Shown: positions 10,046-20,709 of the stretch, piece after piece
Numbering within the stretch: position 1 is the stretch's first letter
Layout: the number at the start of each line of letters is the position of its first letter
Assembly (NCBI GenBank): GCA_965223905.1
Contig: CBDCXV010000011.1
Coordinates: 704,001-768,000 of the forward strand
Source: Candidatus Latescibacterota bacterium
GTDB taxonomy: Bacteria > Latescibacterota > UBA2968 > UBA8231
Direction of reading: 5' to 3'
Length of the DNA stretch: 64,000 nt
The notes under the pieces: generated by a model
What the model was told of the DNA's origin: nothing
The model's database searches: none
What the model saw: only the letters and a program-made list of their open reading frames with translations
Made by a program: the position numbers and the translations under genes

Positions 10046-12094
10046 TCATCGGGCCTCGGACAGGGTCCGCTTCGCCTCTGCGCGGGCGGCCTGCATCAGC
10101 TCGAGATCCCGCAGAGGGTCAGCGACGACGAACCCGGGAATGCCCGCCTGCCTGGTTCCGAGCACCTCCCCCGGGCCGCGGATCTCGAGGTCGAAGCGGG
10201 CTATCTCGAAACCGTCGTTCGTAGCGCAGAACGCCCGCAGCCGCTGTTCCGCCCTTGGCGAACCCTCCCCCTCAGCGGCCCCGGAGTAGTCGATGAGAAT
10301 GCAGTAGGCCTGCCCCTCTCCCCGGCCCACCCGGCCCCGAAGCTGGTGCAGCTGCGCCAGACCGAACCTCTCGGCGTGCTCGATCACCATGACCGTCGCT
10401 TCGGGAACGTCGACGCCCACCTCGATGACGGTAGTGGCGACGAGGACCTGCACCTCCCCGCGGGCGAAACGCTCCATCTGCCCGGTCTTTTCCGCGCTGC
10501 CCAGGCGCCCGTGCAGGAGTCCGACCTCGAACTCCGCCAGGGGCCCGGAACTGCTCACTTCCTCGAAACCGTCGACCGCCGACTTCAGGTCGAGCTTTTC
10601 CGATTCCTCTATGACCGGGTACACGATGTAGACGCGCTCCCCGCAACGCAGGCGGCTGGCGGCGAACTCGAGGATCCTGGCACGGCTGGCGGGGGTCCGC
10701 AGCTCGGTGCGCACCGGCTTGCGCCCCGGGGGTACTTCGTCGAGGACGGAGACTTCTAGGTCGCCGTAGAGGGTGAGGGTGAGGGACCGGGGAATCGGAG
10801 TCGCGGTCATGACGAGGATGTCCGCAGTGGGGGCCTTCTCGTACAGCCTTTGGCGCTGGGAAACGCCGAAGCGATGCTGCTCGTCGACGACCCCGAGGCC
10901 GAGGCTGCGGAACCGGACCTCGCTCTCGATCAGGGCGTGGGTGCCGACGGCGACCGCAGCCGACCCGGTCTGGATCGCCGTCAAAACCTCCTCGCGGACA
11001 GCTTTTCTCTGCCCTCCGGCCACCAGCACGGCGGCGACCCCGAAGGGGTGCAGCAGGGACTGCAGATAGTAGAAATGCTGCTCTGCGAGGATTTCGGTCG
11101 GTGCCATCAGAGCGGCCTGGTACCCGGCCTCCACCGCGGTAAGAATGGCGCAGAGGGCGACCAGGGTCTTGCCGGAGCCGACCTCCCCGTGCAGAAGTCG
11201 CCGCATCGGCCGTGGGCTAACCATGTCCGCGGTTATCTCGGACAGGGTGCGCGACTGCGCCCCGGTGAGCTCGAAGGGGAGGGAGGACAACAGCCCGGGC
11301 ACCAGCCTGGTGCTTTTGCCGAACTGGTGCCCCCGTTGATCTCCCGCCCTCTGCCGTCTCTTCAGGAGGGAGAGCTGCAGAGTGTAGAACTCTTGGAAAG
11401 CCAGGCGTCTCCTCGCCCTGTCGAGCGCGTCAAATGATTCAGGGAAGTGTATGGTGCGGAGGGAGTTGTGCAGTTCGACGAGATCGTTTCTCCGGCGCGT
11501 GTCCGGGTCGAGGGACTCCTCCGTTCCCGGCAGGTACCGATCGAGGGCGGCTCTGACGATGGCCCGGAATCCGCGACTGCGCAGGCCGCGCTCCTTCATG
11601 TCGGCGGTGGTGGCGTACAACGGGATGATACCCGCGGTGTGAATGAGCCCACGATCCCCTGCTGCGGAGAGGAACTCGTACTCCGGATGGGGCATTTGCA
11701 GGCGCCCCCGGTACTCTTCGACCCTGCCGCTGAGAGCAAGGAGATCGCCGACTTCCGCCCTGACGTACTGGCCGCCCTGGAACCAGACGCAGCGGAGGGT
11801 TCCCGAGCCGTCGCTGACGTCGACGGTGGCGGGCAGCGGACGGCCCCTGCGGCTGCGCGCGAAACCTGGGGAGGCGCAGGCCGTGACCGTGGCGATCACG
11901 GTCACCTCCCCTCCTGCAGCGAGCTCGGAAATCATCGCCACGGCGCTGCGGTCGAGGTATCGCCGCGGCACCCTCAGGAGCAGGCCCGCCACGGTTTCGA
12001 TCCCGGCCTCCCTGAGCGCCTGGCCCCGCCTGGAGCCCACGCCCGGAACTTCCTCGATTGCCGTGGCCAGCTGCGACCCGTTCAGCCGAAGCAC
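10046..12094 (-). CDS. recG: ATP-dependent DNA helicase RecG
   Basis: GEVGSGKT, DEQHRFG, MTATPIPR, QLHQLRGRVGRG. Confidence 0.96.
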   Translation of the reverse strand: MLRLNGSQLATAIEEVPGVGSRRGQALREAGIETVAGLLLRVPRRYLDRSAVAMISELAAGGEVTVIATVTACASPGFARSRRGRPLPATVDVSDGSGTLRCVWFQGGQYVRAEVGDLLALSGRVEEYRGRLQMPHPEYEFLSAAGDRGLIHTAGIIPLYATTADMKERGLRSRGFRAIVRAALDRYLPGTEESLDPDTRRRNDLVELHNSLRTIHFPESFDALDRARRRLAFQEFYTLQLSLLKRRQRAGDQRGHQFGKSTRLVPGLLSSLPFELTGAQSRTLSEITADMVSPRPMRRLLHGEVGSGKTLVALCAILTAVEAGYQAALMAPTEILAEQHFYYLQSLLHPFGVAAVLVAGGQRKAVREEVLTAIQTGSAAVAVGTHALIESEVRFRSLGLGVVDEQHRFGVSQRQRLYEKAPTADILVMTATPIPRSLTLTLYGDLEVSVLDEVPPGRKPVRTELRTPASRARILEFAASRLRCGERVYIVYPVIEESEKLDLKSAVDGFEEVSSSGPLAEFEVGLLHGRLGSAEKTGQMERFARGEVQVLVATTVIEVGVDVPEATVMVIEHAERFGLAQLHQLRGRVGRGEGQAYCILIDYSGAAEGEGSPRAEQRLRAFCATNDGFEIARFDLEIRGPGEVLGTRQAGIPGFVVADPLRDLELMQAARAEAKRTLSEAR

Positions 12095-12369
12095 CTGTTA
12101 CTCTCCGGGATCGCCCCGGCCCGAAAGTTGGTCCGCGCCCTCCCCGGTGACGAGGCCGCTTCGCAGCGACCGCAGGGCAATCCGGGGGGAGGGAACGACT
12201 CGCAGGCGGGCTTGGAGCCCACGGAAATCGATGCGGAAAGGCCTGTCCCGGGTTTCCGGGACCGCAGGCGGAGCGCTTGACAGAGGGAAACCGCTCCTGT
12301 ATATACCCCTCTTTCTCCCCGCGCAAATCGGCTCCCTCCCTCCCCGGGTATTCGAGCTCTCACGAAACC

Positions 12370-12840
12370 ATGCAGCGACCCTCTTTCGCCCAGTTCCTCA
12401 CGGGCTCCGGCTCGCCGGGCGGCCCGCTCTTCCTTTTCGCCTATTGCGGGATGTGGCTTCACCTCGTCGTCGGCATCCCCCTCTTGGTTCTGAAGCTCGA
12501 GGTGCCGCTGCCGGACGCCGTCGGTTCGATGGCCATCAGTTCGCTCAGCGCCGGAATCATCCTCTACGCAATCCTTTCCCGGGAGTACGGATTGCTCGTC
12601 ACCCTGATCCCGTACGGACTCGGGATGGCGCGGGCATTCGCCCCCGAAACCCGGGGCGTCGACTTCCTGCTGGCCGCCATCATCATCCTCTTGGGCTCGG
12701 GGCATCGGGTGTTTTCCAGTGAGTACCGACACTACAGGCGGGAGGTTTTCGACGGGGACGAAGGAATGCCGCTGTGGATCACCGCTCTCACCGGCGCGGT
12801 CCTGATGCTGCTGTTCCTCTGCGGATTTCAACTGCTGTAA
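12370..12840 (+). CDS. Hypothetical membrane protein
   Basis: Several hydrophobic segments; upstream TTGACA...TATAT promoter-like sequence. Confidence 0.6.
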   Translation: MQRPSFAQFLTGSGSPGGPLFLFAYCGMWLHLVVGIPLLVLKLEVPLPDAVGSMAISSLSAGIILYAILSREYGLLVTLIPYGLGMARAFAPETRGVDFLLAAIIILLGSGHRVFSSEYRHYRREVFDGDEGMPLWITALTGAVLMLLFLCGFQLL

Positions 12841-12894
12841 ACCGCGACATTTCCCGGGCGGAAGCCGTAGCGACTCCGGGAGGAGCCCGCGCCG

Positions 12895-13998
12895 TTAGCG
12901 GATCTTGAGGGTCGCCAGGCCGCACAGCGCGAGGATGCCGGCGACGATCCAGAAGCGGATTACGATCTTGGTGTCGGCGATGCCCCGCGCCTGAAAGTGG
13001 TGGTGGATGGGGGCGCTGAGGAAGAATCTCCGTCCCAGCCACCTGATGCCGATCTTCTCCTGAATCAGCACCGACAGGGCCTCTCCGACGAAAATCCCGC
13101 CGACGATCAGGAACAGGATCTCCTGTTTCACCAGAACCACCAGGGTCCCGATTAGCCCGCCGAGCGCCAGCGATCCGGCATCCCCCATGATCACGTTCGC
13201 GGGGTAGGAGTTGAACCACAGGAACCCGAGGCAGGCTCCGAACACGATGGTGCAGATGATGGCGACCTCTCCGGCCCCCGGAATGAACGGAAAGATCAGG
13301 AACTCGGAGATCCTGGCGTGGCTGGAGACGTACGCGAAGACGCCGTACACCGCCACGACGAAGGCTACGGGCACCACGGCGAGGCCGTCTATGCCGTCGG
13401 CGATGTTCACCGAGTTGGAGATGGCGATGATGGTGAACACGATCAGCGGCACGTACCCCCACGACAGATCGACTACGGGGTTCTTCAGGAACGGCAGGTA
13501 GAGCTGCGTCGCCAGCCCCGGGGGGAGCGGCGACAGCCAATCGGAGACGAAGACGACGGCGAAGACGATGGCGTAGAGAAACTGCAGCGCCAGCTTGGCG
13601 GTCTCCGACAGACCGCGATCGTTGTTGCCGTGGCGGACCTTGAGGTAGTCGTCGATGTATCCCAGGGCGGCAAACCAGGCGACCGCAGCCATGCACATGA
13701 GCACGAGCGGATTGTGCAGCTGGCACCAGAGCAGCACGCTCAGGGCGATTGCCGCCACCAGCAGTCCGCCCCCGTAAGTCTTGGCAGGGTGATCGGTAAC
13801 CGGAAAGTCGGTGTATATGCGCGACGTGTCGCGCTTGCCCGAGCGGTAGAAGTAGAGGATTATGCGCCAGCCGAACAGGATGGTGAACACCAGGGCGGTG
13901 ATGGCGCCGCCGATGGCGCGAAAACTGATCGAGTCGAACAGCCGCAGGTAGGAGAGGGACTGGACCGATTGCAGGTAGTCGCCGAGATAGACCAGCAC
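12895..13998 (-). CDS. mraY: Phospho-N-acetylmuramoyl-pentapeptide transferase (MraY family)
   Basis: YIDD, NSVNIADGIDGL, MGDAGSLALG, APIHHHF. Confidence 0.9.
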   Translation of the reverse strand: MLVYLGDYLQSVQSLSYLRLFDSISFRAIGGAITALVFTILFGWRIILYFYRSGKRDTSRIYTDFPVTDHPAKTYGGGLLVAAIALSVLLWCQLHNPLVLMCMAAVAWFAALGYIDDYLKVRHGNNDRGLSETAKLALQFLYAIVFAVVFVSDWLSPLPPGLATQLYLPFLKNPVVDLSWGYVPLIVFTIIAISNSVNIADGIDGLAVVPVAFVVAVYGVFAYVSSHARISEFLIFPFIPGAGEVAIICTIVFGACLGFLWFNSYPANVIMGDAGSLALGGLIGTLVVLVKQEILFLIVGGIFVGEALSVLIQEKIGIRWLGRRFFLSAPIHHHFQARGIADTKIVIRFWIVAGILALCGLATLKIR

Positions 13999-14007
13999 GG
14001 AGTTCCC

Positions 14008-16062
14008 TTATCCGCCCCCGGCCCTGAAGGCGTCGGGCGCCTCCGACGCATCGGCAGGAGAGTCAGCGAGCTCGGCGAGTTCGGAAAGACTCTCTTTCAG
14101 GGGGAACTCCGGAGTGAAGTTCGGCGACGTGGCGAGCACCTGCTCTGCCTCACCGGCCATCTCGGCAGGGCTCAGAACCCCGCGGCGAAGCAGGTTCTGC
14201 AGCGCCAGCACCACCTCGTGCCGGACCTGCCAGTCCGGGTGATGGTAGAAGTTCCGCAGCAAGCGGATCAGCCCGGGATCCCCCCCCACGGCCCCCAGGG
14301 CTCGTATCGCCCTGGCGACGACTCGCCGGGAGCGGTCCGACAGCGCATTTACGAGGGCGCTCTCGATGCGTTCGGAGGGCTTGCCGGCCTCCCCGAGCAG
14401 ATCCGCGGCCGCGGCCCGGACCTCGAAATAGGGATCGGTCTCGAGGGCAACCAGAAGCGCGGCCTCGACCTGCGGCTCTCCGGCGACCCGCAGCCACCGC
14501 AGTGCGATCTGTATGGTGTTTCGCCTCAGAATCCCGGAATGCCGGAAGTCGCCCCCCAGCAGTCTCTTTAGGGCCCCCACCTGCCGGCGGTCCTCGAGGA
14601 TCTGGAGCAACAGGTCGAGCCGGTCCCGGTGCTCGAGATAGCCGGCGAGCTTGACCCCGACGTTGCGTTTGCCGAGCGGAATTTCGTACCACTCTCTCGA
14701 CGAAAGGTAGCGGTCCGCCTGATAGCGCAGGTAGGCCAACTCGCGGTCGGGGATCCCCTGGGCTCCGCCGGCCGCTTCCACCCGCTCCCGCACCTTTCTG
14801 ACCAGGGCGTTCGGATCGCCCGGCAGCCCTTCATCTCCCGGGGCCTCGAGGTTGAGGGATGCCGGCCTTCCCCCCTCTACCATGCTCTCGAGCTCTCTGC
14901 GGATCAGCTCCAGGCTGTCGCGCCGCGGCACCCCCTGCGCCGCGGCTGACACCCGGCGCCGTTCCTCGGGGGCTTCGAGCAATCCCTCGATCGCTGCGGC
15001 GAGGCGTTTGCCGTCGACCTTGGTGGTAACGCCCCCCCCTTCCCACGCAGCCTCGGAGTAGAGGACGACCGCGGCTCCCCGTTTCTCCATCTCGCGGGCG
15101 TTGATCGCCTGGTGATCGTCCGCGGATGTCGACAGTGGAATGATGACGGCAGGCAAGCCGCAAACGCCGATTTCGGTGAGCGTTGCCGCACCCCCGCGGC
15201 AGACGACGACATCGGACGCGGCGTAGAGATCCTCGATCTGTTCCGCGTAGGGCAGCCGCCGGTACCAGTCCGAGGTGTCGCCGGCCAATCCCGACTCGCG
15301 CAACCGCTGCTCAGTGTCGGCGACTGGGTCGTACGTCGCCTCGGAGACTCCTCCGGGGGAGGTGGCCCCGGTGACGTGCAGGATGAGCAGGTCCGAACGT
15401 TGCCGCAGCCTCGGCAGCGCCTCGACCACGGCGCGGTTGATCTCGCGCGACCCCTGGGAACCGCCGACGACGAACAGCACCTGGCGCTCCGGATCGATAT
15501 CGAGCCTTTTGCGGGCGGCGGCTCGGTCGAGCTGCAGGAGCTCGCGGCGAACCGGGTAGCCGACCACCGCGACGCGCCCGATGTCGAACCAGCGCCCCGC
15601 CTGCTCGAAAGCCACACCTATGCGGTCGGCCAACCGCCCCACCGTGTGGTTGAGCAGTCCTGGATGGGCGTTGGGTTCGTAGAGGAACATCCTGGCCTTG
15701 CAGACACGCAACTTGCGCAGAATGCCGAAGGCGAGCATCACCGGAGCGCTGACGAAACCGCCGGTGGTGATGACCACGTGGGGCCGGAAGCGGAGCAGAA
15801 TCAGCAGGGCGCGGCCGACTCCGGCGGCCAGGGTCAGCCAGAACAGCATCTGGGGCAGCGCCGAGAGGGAGCGCGGGTAGGGACGCGAGCGCACGTAGCG
15901 CAGCGCGTACCCCCGGGCCGGAACGATCCTGGATTCAAGCCGGTTGCGAACTCCGACGTAGAGGAACTCCGCGTCGGCATGCAGGCGGCGCAGCTCGTCG
16001 GCAATGGCAAGTGCAGGATATACGTGGCCCCCGGTGCCGCCGCCGGTCAGGAGGTATTTCAC
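14008..16062 (-). CDS. murG: MurG glycosyltransferase fused to C-terminal HEAT-like repeats
   Basis: GGGTGGHVYP, GGSQG, RGGAAT, DHQ..NA; about 280-aa C-terminal tail with DP.FEVRAAAA..LG and DWQVR.EVV.AL repeats; GTG start inferred. Confidence 0.85.
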   Translation of the reverse strand: MKYLLTGGGTGGHVYPALAIADELRRLHADAEFLYVGVRNRLESRIVPARGYALRYVRSRPYPRSLSALPQMLFWLTLAAGVGRALLILLRFRPHVVITTGGFVSAPVMLAFGILRKLRVCKARMFLYEPNAHPGLLNHTVGRLADRIGVAFEQAGRWFDIGRVAVVGYPVRRELLQLDRAAARKRLDIDPERQVLFVVGGSQGSREINRAVVEALPRLRQRSDLLILHVTGATSPGGVSEATYDPVADTEQRLRESGLAGDTSDWYRRLPYAEQIEDLYAASDVVVCRGGAATLTEIGVCGLPAVIIPLSTSADDHQAINAREMEKRGAAVVLYSEAAWEGGGVTTKVDGKRLAAAIEGLLEAPEERRRVSAAAQGVPRRDSLELIRRELESMVEGGRPASLNLEAPGDEGLPGDPNALVRKVRERVEAAGGAQGIPDRELAYLRYQADRYLSSREWYEIPLGKRNVGVKLAGYLEHRDRLDLLLQILEDRRQVGALKRLLGGDFRHSGILRRNTIQIALRWLRVAGEPQVEAALLVALETDPYFEVRAAAADLLGEAGKPSERIESALVNALSDRSRRVVARAIRALGAVGGDPGLIRLLRNFYHHPDWQVRHEVVLALQNLLRRGVLSPAEMAGEAEQVLATSPNFTPEFPLKESLSELAELADSPADASEAPDAFRAGGG

Positions 16063-16269
16063 GTTATCGGTCCGTCGCTTGCCCCCGTACCGGAGAGGAG
16101 GGGGCGGAAATACGCCGCCGGCAGATCGACCCGATGGGGCGAATGCCTTGGGGGGCCGGCAAACGGATCCGGGAAACCGGTGGGGATGTGCAGGCTGGGT
16201 GGCGAAGGAGGCATCTTCCGCCCAATTGTAGCAAGATCGCCGAAATGCGACAAGCGGCTGCACTCCCCT

Positions 16270-17037
16270 TCAGATGTCGGTCACCGCGGCCTTCGGCATC
16301 CATCCTCCGCTGCCGTTGGGCAGCCGCACCAGGTACCATCCTTCCTCATCGCGGTCGATGCGCACCTTGGTACCCTCGTGAAGCACGAACACCGGCGTCT
16401 GGTCGCCGCCAGGTCCGCTGCGGGCGGTCGCCTCCTGGGCGGTCACGATGGCATGGTTCGCCGATTCGTGGGTGTAGATGCGCGAGGCGAGAAACAGGGC
16501 TGCAATCACCCAGGCAGCTGCGCATGCGGCCAGCAGCCGCAGTTGCACCCGTGCAGCCTGGGGCCGCAGCCAGCGCAGACAGGCGAGCACCCAGACGGAG
16601 AGCAGGGTCGCGGCGAAGGCGACCGCGAGTTCGTCGAGGGTGGGAAAGGCGTAGACCGCGGCGGCGAAGCGGGCCAGCGGATTCTCCTCCGCGGGCGGCT
16701 CCCGGTCCCTCTTCACCTGGCGGGCGAAGCGCAGGTTTGCGAGTATGTCCGGATCCCTCGGCTCGAGCCGCACGGCGCGCTCGTACCACACTATCGCTTC
16801 ACCGAGGCGCGAGACCTTGAAGCAGGCATTGCCGAGGTTGTAGAACAGGCGGGAATCGCGAATGCCTTCGCCGGCGATCCGCAAGTAGGTATCGCGGGCA
16901 GCCTCGTACTCGCCGGCGCGGTAGAGGTCGTTTCCCTCGGCGAACAGCCCCGCGGCCGCGGATTGCCCTGCCGAAGGAACCGGTGTGCAGGCGCAGGCGA
17001 CCGCCAACGAGGCCGCGAGCAGGGACCGGGTCTTCAC
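16270..17037 (-). CDS. batE: BatE-like TPR + SH3 protein
   Basis: YNLGNACFK TPR; LHEGTKV...GW SH3 segment; operon context. Confidence 0.8.
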   Translation of the reverse strand: MKTRSLLAASLAVACACTPVPSAGQSAAAGLFAEGNDLYRAGEYEAARDTYLRIAGEGIRDSRLFYNLGNACFKVSRLGEAIVWYERAVRLEPRDPDILANLRFARQVKRDREPPAEENPLARFAAAVYAFPTLDELAVAFAATLLSVWVLACLRWLRPQAARVQLRLLAACAAAWVIAALFLASRIYTHESANHAIVTAQEATARSGPGGDQTPVFVLHEGTKVRIDRDEEGWYLVRLPNGSGGWMPKAAVTDI

Positions 17038-18824
17038 GCCAGCACCCTCTGCAGCCGTTCCATCAGCTCCTCGGCGCGATCCTGGGTGCGCCTCATCTCC
17101 TCGGCCGAGGCCGCACCGGTGGCGAAGCGGGCAAATTCGCATTCCTCCAGCAGTTCTCCGAGATCCTCCATCGTCTGCTGCGGCGTCCCCCGGCCCCGCA
17201 GCTCCACAGCGCACTCTTCCTTCTCCAGCCCCGCGGCCGAGCGGTTGAGGTGGTCGGCGACGAACTCCAGCACCGCCCGGTGGATCTCCGCATGGAAATC
17301 CGGAGCCGGGGCGCCTCCGGCCAGCATCCGGCGCGCCGTTTTCAGCCTGCGTCCGGCCGCGCCCCGAGCGCCCCGGCGGCGCGCGTAGGCGATGTCCCCC
17401 TCGAGCCGGCGCCGGTGGCGCTGCCAGACGTAAAGACCTGCGTACGCCAACGGCATCAGCGACTGCACCAGCCAGAAAGTAACGCTGCGGTACAGGTACC
17501 CTTCGTCCCCCAGCTCCCCCACATCCGGTTTAATGTGGCGAATGTCGGTCCCGACGACCTCGATCTCCTTTCTGCTCAGCAGGTAGCGGGTATCTTCCCC
17601 GCTCTCCTGCAGGTCGCCGCCGACGGGAAGCTCGCGGGGATCCGTCTGCAGCGTCCGGTAAGCTCGCACCTCGGGATCGAAAAAGGCGAAACGCGCCGGG
17701 GGAATGGCGAGAGTCCCCGGGGCTTCGGGAATCAGGATGTACTCGAAGGTCTTGGTGCCGCCGTAACCGCTGCCGGTATCTCCCGACTCCTCGGACACTT
17801 TCGGGTCGTACTCCTTGAATCCCACCAGGTCCCCGAGCAACGGCTCTCCGACCGCGCCGATATTACCCTTCCCCTGAATCGAGATGGTGAGAGTAACGGG
17901 ATCCCCGGCCCGCGGCGCCGGTGGCTGCAGGGTCGACATCATCCGGTAGGTTCCCACCGCGCCGTCGAACTCCGCGGGCCGTCCCTTCGCAGGCAGGGGC
18001 AGTACTTCGACGGTGACCTCGGGGCTGCGCACCAGCAGGGTCCGGCCGCGGCCGAAGAACGGATCGTCGAACAGGGAGAAAGCGTCGAACAGGCTGTTCC
18101 TCCTCCTTCCCTCGACAACGCTGCACCGGATCACCAGAGGCTCGATTACGTGCTCCCCGGCGCTGGCCGGAAACAGGGCCACCTTGCGCAGCGGCACGAC
18201 ATTGAAGGCGACTCCGCCGATCACCTGGCGTTGCGGTTCCAGGCGCTGGGCGACGAACAGATCCTTGGTCCAGAATCCCGAGAACGCGGGCACCTCCTCG
18301 AAGCCGACGTCCCGGAGCTGGTAGCGGTAGCACAGGTCGTAGGACAGCAATACCTGTTGGCCTGCGTAAACTTTCGCCCGGTCCTGCTCCACCCGGACGA
18401 ACAGGTTGTCCTCCAGGGACTGCGGTTCGGCCTCTCCCTTTCCCTTTGCCACGATTACCTCGATCGCTTTCGTCGAGTACTTCCTACCCCCCAGCTCAAG
18501 TGTAGCCGGCCCGATGACGAAGGTCCCCTCGCGGCGCGGGTACAAGGTGTAGGTCAGCTCGCGGGCGTGGGTCACGCGGCCGTTGACGATCTCGGTGCGC
18601 ACCCCGACCGAGGGACCGTACACGTCGAATTCGTCGAGCTTCAGCTGCGGCGTCGGGACTTTCGGGAAGTTCTGCGAAGAGGAGATCGACAGCGTCATCT
18701 CGATCGGGCGGGATCTGGTTGTCCTGGTGCGATCCAGCGAGGCCGTGAACTCGACCTCCGCGGCGGCGAAGGAGGCTGCCACCACCACTCCGGCCGCCGC
18801 CGCAATCAGTCGCCCAAATTGCAA
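17034..18824 (-). CDS. batD: BatD family protein
   Basis: Signal peptide, Ig-like repeats, F.GAVG, G.GN, FFDP...Y, DIRHIK; start approximate. Confidence 0.82.
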   Translation of the reverse strand: MQFGRLIAAAAGVVVAASFAAAEVEFTASLDRTRTTRSRPIEMTLSISSSQNFPKVPTPQLKLDEFDVYGPSVGVRTEIVNGRVTHARELTYTLYPRREGTFVIGPATLELGGRKYSTKAIEVIVAKGKGEAEPQSLEDNLFVRVEQDRAKVYAGQQVLLSYDLCYRYQLRDVGFEEVPAFSGFWTKDLFVAQRLEPQRQVIGGVAFNVVPLRKVALFPASAGEHVIEPLVIRCSVVEGRRRNSLFDAFSLFDDPFFGRGRTLLVRSPEVTVEVLPLPAKGRPAEFDGAVGTYRMMSTLQPPAPRAGDPVTLTISIQGKGNIGAVGEPLLGDLVGFKEYDPKVSEESGDTGSGYGGTKTFEYILIPEAPGTLAIPPARFAFFDPEVRAYRTLQTDPRELPVGGDLQESGEDTRYLLSRKEIEVVGTDIRHIKPDVGELGDEGYLYRSVTFWLVQSLMPLAYAGLYVWQRHRRRLEGDIAYARRRGARGAAGRRLKTARRMLAGGAPAPDFHAEIHRAVLEFVADHLNRSAAGLEKEECAVELRGRGTPQQTMEDLGELLEECEFARFATGAASAEEMRRTQDRAEELMERLQRVLA

Positions 18825-18831
18825 AGCAGTC

Positions 18832-19677
18832 CTACCAATCCTTGACCTGGGCCCTGGCCTCCACCCGAAAGCGGCGGCGCTGGGCCTCCTGCTCGCTGTC
18901 GGCAAAGGCGTCGAGCAGCTGTTCGGCTTCAGAGGACTGCATCTGACCGGGAATCGGCTGTTCCCCTTCAGGCTGTCCGGAATCTTCGGGGGCTTCCCGG
19001 GGTTGCGAAGACTGCTCCGGCTCCTCGTCTTCTTCCCGGGGCCCGTCCTGCCGGGGCCCGTCCTGCCGAGGATCCTGTTCAGGGTCTCCGGAAGACTCGT
19101 CGGGTTCTCCCGAATCGGAGGGCTCGGATTCCTCCGGCTGTTCGCCCTGCTGCTGCTGTTGCTGCTCCTGCTGCTGCTGTTGTTGATGTTGCTCCTGCTG
19201 ACGTTGCATGCGCAGGGCGAGCTCGAGATTCGCCTTCCCCGCCTCCTCGTCGAATCCCCGAAGGATCGCCTCCTTGAACGCCTCCACCGCCTGGGGATAC
19301 GCCTCCTTCTGGTACAAGGTGTTGCCGAGGTTGTAGAAACTTCGGGCCGACAGGGGCGGCGAGGACGACGCCCCTTCGAAGGCGCGGCCAGCGGCCTCGA
19401 AGTCCCCTTGCTTGTACAACGCATCTCCAACGTTGAACAACAGCTCCGGGGAATCCGGGTCCTCTATCTGCGCCTGCCGGTACTGATCCGCCGCCTTTTC
19501 AAAACGGCCCTCGTTGTAGTGCTCGAGCGCCTCGGCGCTGCGCTCCGCGGCCTTGTCTCCCACAGTCGACGCGCCTGCGGGGGCCGGGATCGCCGCGGCC
19601 AGCGCCAGAACAAGGACCGCCCGGCCACCGCGGCGGGGCTCGACACGCCCCCCGGCTCGGAGATTGGGGCCCTTCAT
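18832..19677 (-). CDS. batC: BatC-like TPR protein with Q/E-rich tail
   Basis: TPRs (FNVGDALYK, YNLGNTLY), NLELA, poly-Q tract, C-terminal KDW. Confidence 0.8.
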   Translation of the reverse strand: MKGPNLRAGGRVEPRRGGRAVLVLALAAAIPAPAGASTVGDKAAERSAEALEHYNEGRFEKAADQYRQAQIEDPDSPELLFNVGDALYKQGDFEAAGRAFEGASSSPPLSARSFYNLGNTLYQKEAYPQAVEAFKEAILRGFDEEAGKANLELALRMQRQQEQHQQQQQQEQQQQQQGEQPEESEPSDSGEPDESSGDPEQDPRQDGPRQDGPREEDEEPEQSSQPREAPEDSGQPEGEQPIPGQMQSSEAEQLLDAFADSEQEAQRRRFRVEARAQVKDW

Positions 19678-20699
19678 TCGAAACGGCCCCTCCATTCCCG
19701 CCGCTGTTGCCTCCGGTCGCCCAGGAGCGACTCGAGAGCAAAGCAGGCGAGGGCGAGAGCAAGCGGGATCTGGTAGCGCTCCTCGTAGCGCGTGAACCTC
19801 CGGGACTCGAACTCCTTCTGATCCATGTTGGCGATCTCGCGGTATATCTCTTCGATCTCCGCCCCGCGCAAACTGCTGCGGTAGTACGCCCCCTCGCTGA
19901 GGGCCGCCACTTGGCGCAGCACCCCCTCGTCGAGCCGCGTCTTCACGGGATTACCTGCGCGGTCGCGGTGAAAGTCGACCCCACCCCCGTCCTGCCTGAT
20001 CGGTATCAGCTCACCGTCGGAGGTGCCCATGCCGATCGCGAATATGCGTACACCCTCTGCCGCGGCGTTGTCCGCGGCCGCTATCGGATCGGCGACGTGA
20101 TCCTCCCCGTCGGTGAACAGCACGATCGCCTTGTGCTGGCGGTCCCCTTCGTCGAAGCAGCCGCGCGCCAGCTCGATCGCCTCCCCTATCGCCGTTCCCT
20201 GGACCGGGATGCTGCCGGCGTCGACGACGGACAAGAGCAGCCCCAGGGCCCCGTAGTCGAGGGTCAGCGGACACTGGACGAACGCCTTGCCGGCAAACAC
20301 CACGAGGCCGACGCGATCCCCCTCCAGCCGGTCGAGCAGCTCCCCAATCTGGTAACGGGCCCGCTGCAGCCGGTTGGGGCCGATATCTTCGGCCAGCATG
20401 CTCCGGGAGACGTCGAGTGCGACGACGATGTCGACTCCCCTGCGCTTTGCCATTGTCAGCTCGGCTCCGAACTGCGGGCCGCCCAGGGCAAGTGAGAGAA
20501 AGGCAAAGCCGCTGACGGCGATGCAGTACTTCCAGTGCTGTCGAACCACGCTGACGCTGCGGGTCAATCTGCCGGCCACCTGCGGCGCTGCAAAGCGGGC
20601 AAGGGCGCGACGCTTGGCGGCTACGGCCCAAAACGCGAAAAGCACGAGCAGCGGCAGGGCCATCAGCAGCCAGAGATTGTCGGGGTGGGCGAAGCGCAT
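19674..20699 (-). CDS. batB: BatB-like VWA domain protein
   Basis: DVSRSM MIDAS, PLTLDY, TDGE. Confidence 0.85.
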   Translation of the reverse strand: MRFAHPDNLWLLMALPLLVLFAFWAVAAKRRALARFAAPQVAGRLTRSVSVVRQHWKYCIAVSGFAFLSLALGGPQFGAELTMAKRRGVDIVVALDVSRSMLAEDIGPNRLQRARYQIGELLDRLEGDRVGLVVFAGKAFVQCPLTLDYGALGLLLSVVDAGSIPVQGTAIGEAIELARGCFDEGDRQHKAIVLFTDGEDHVADPIAAADNAAAEGVRIFAIGMGTSDGELIPIRQDGGGVDFHRDRAGNPVKTRLDEGVLRQVAALSEGAYYRSSLRGAEIEEIYREIANMDQKEFESRRFTRYEERYQIPLALALACFALESLLGDRRQQRREWRGRFE

Positions 20700-20709
20700 C
20701 GGAGTAGGG

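Noticed and set aside
19039-19200. Poly-Q tract and a 15-bp tandem repeat (PRQDG x2) in batC
   Set aside because: Low-complexity linker typical of BatC-like proteins
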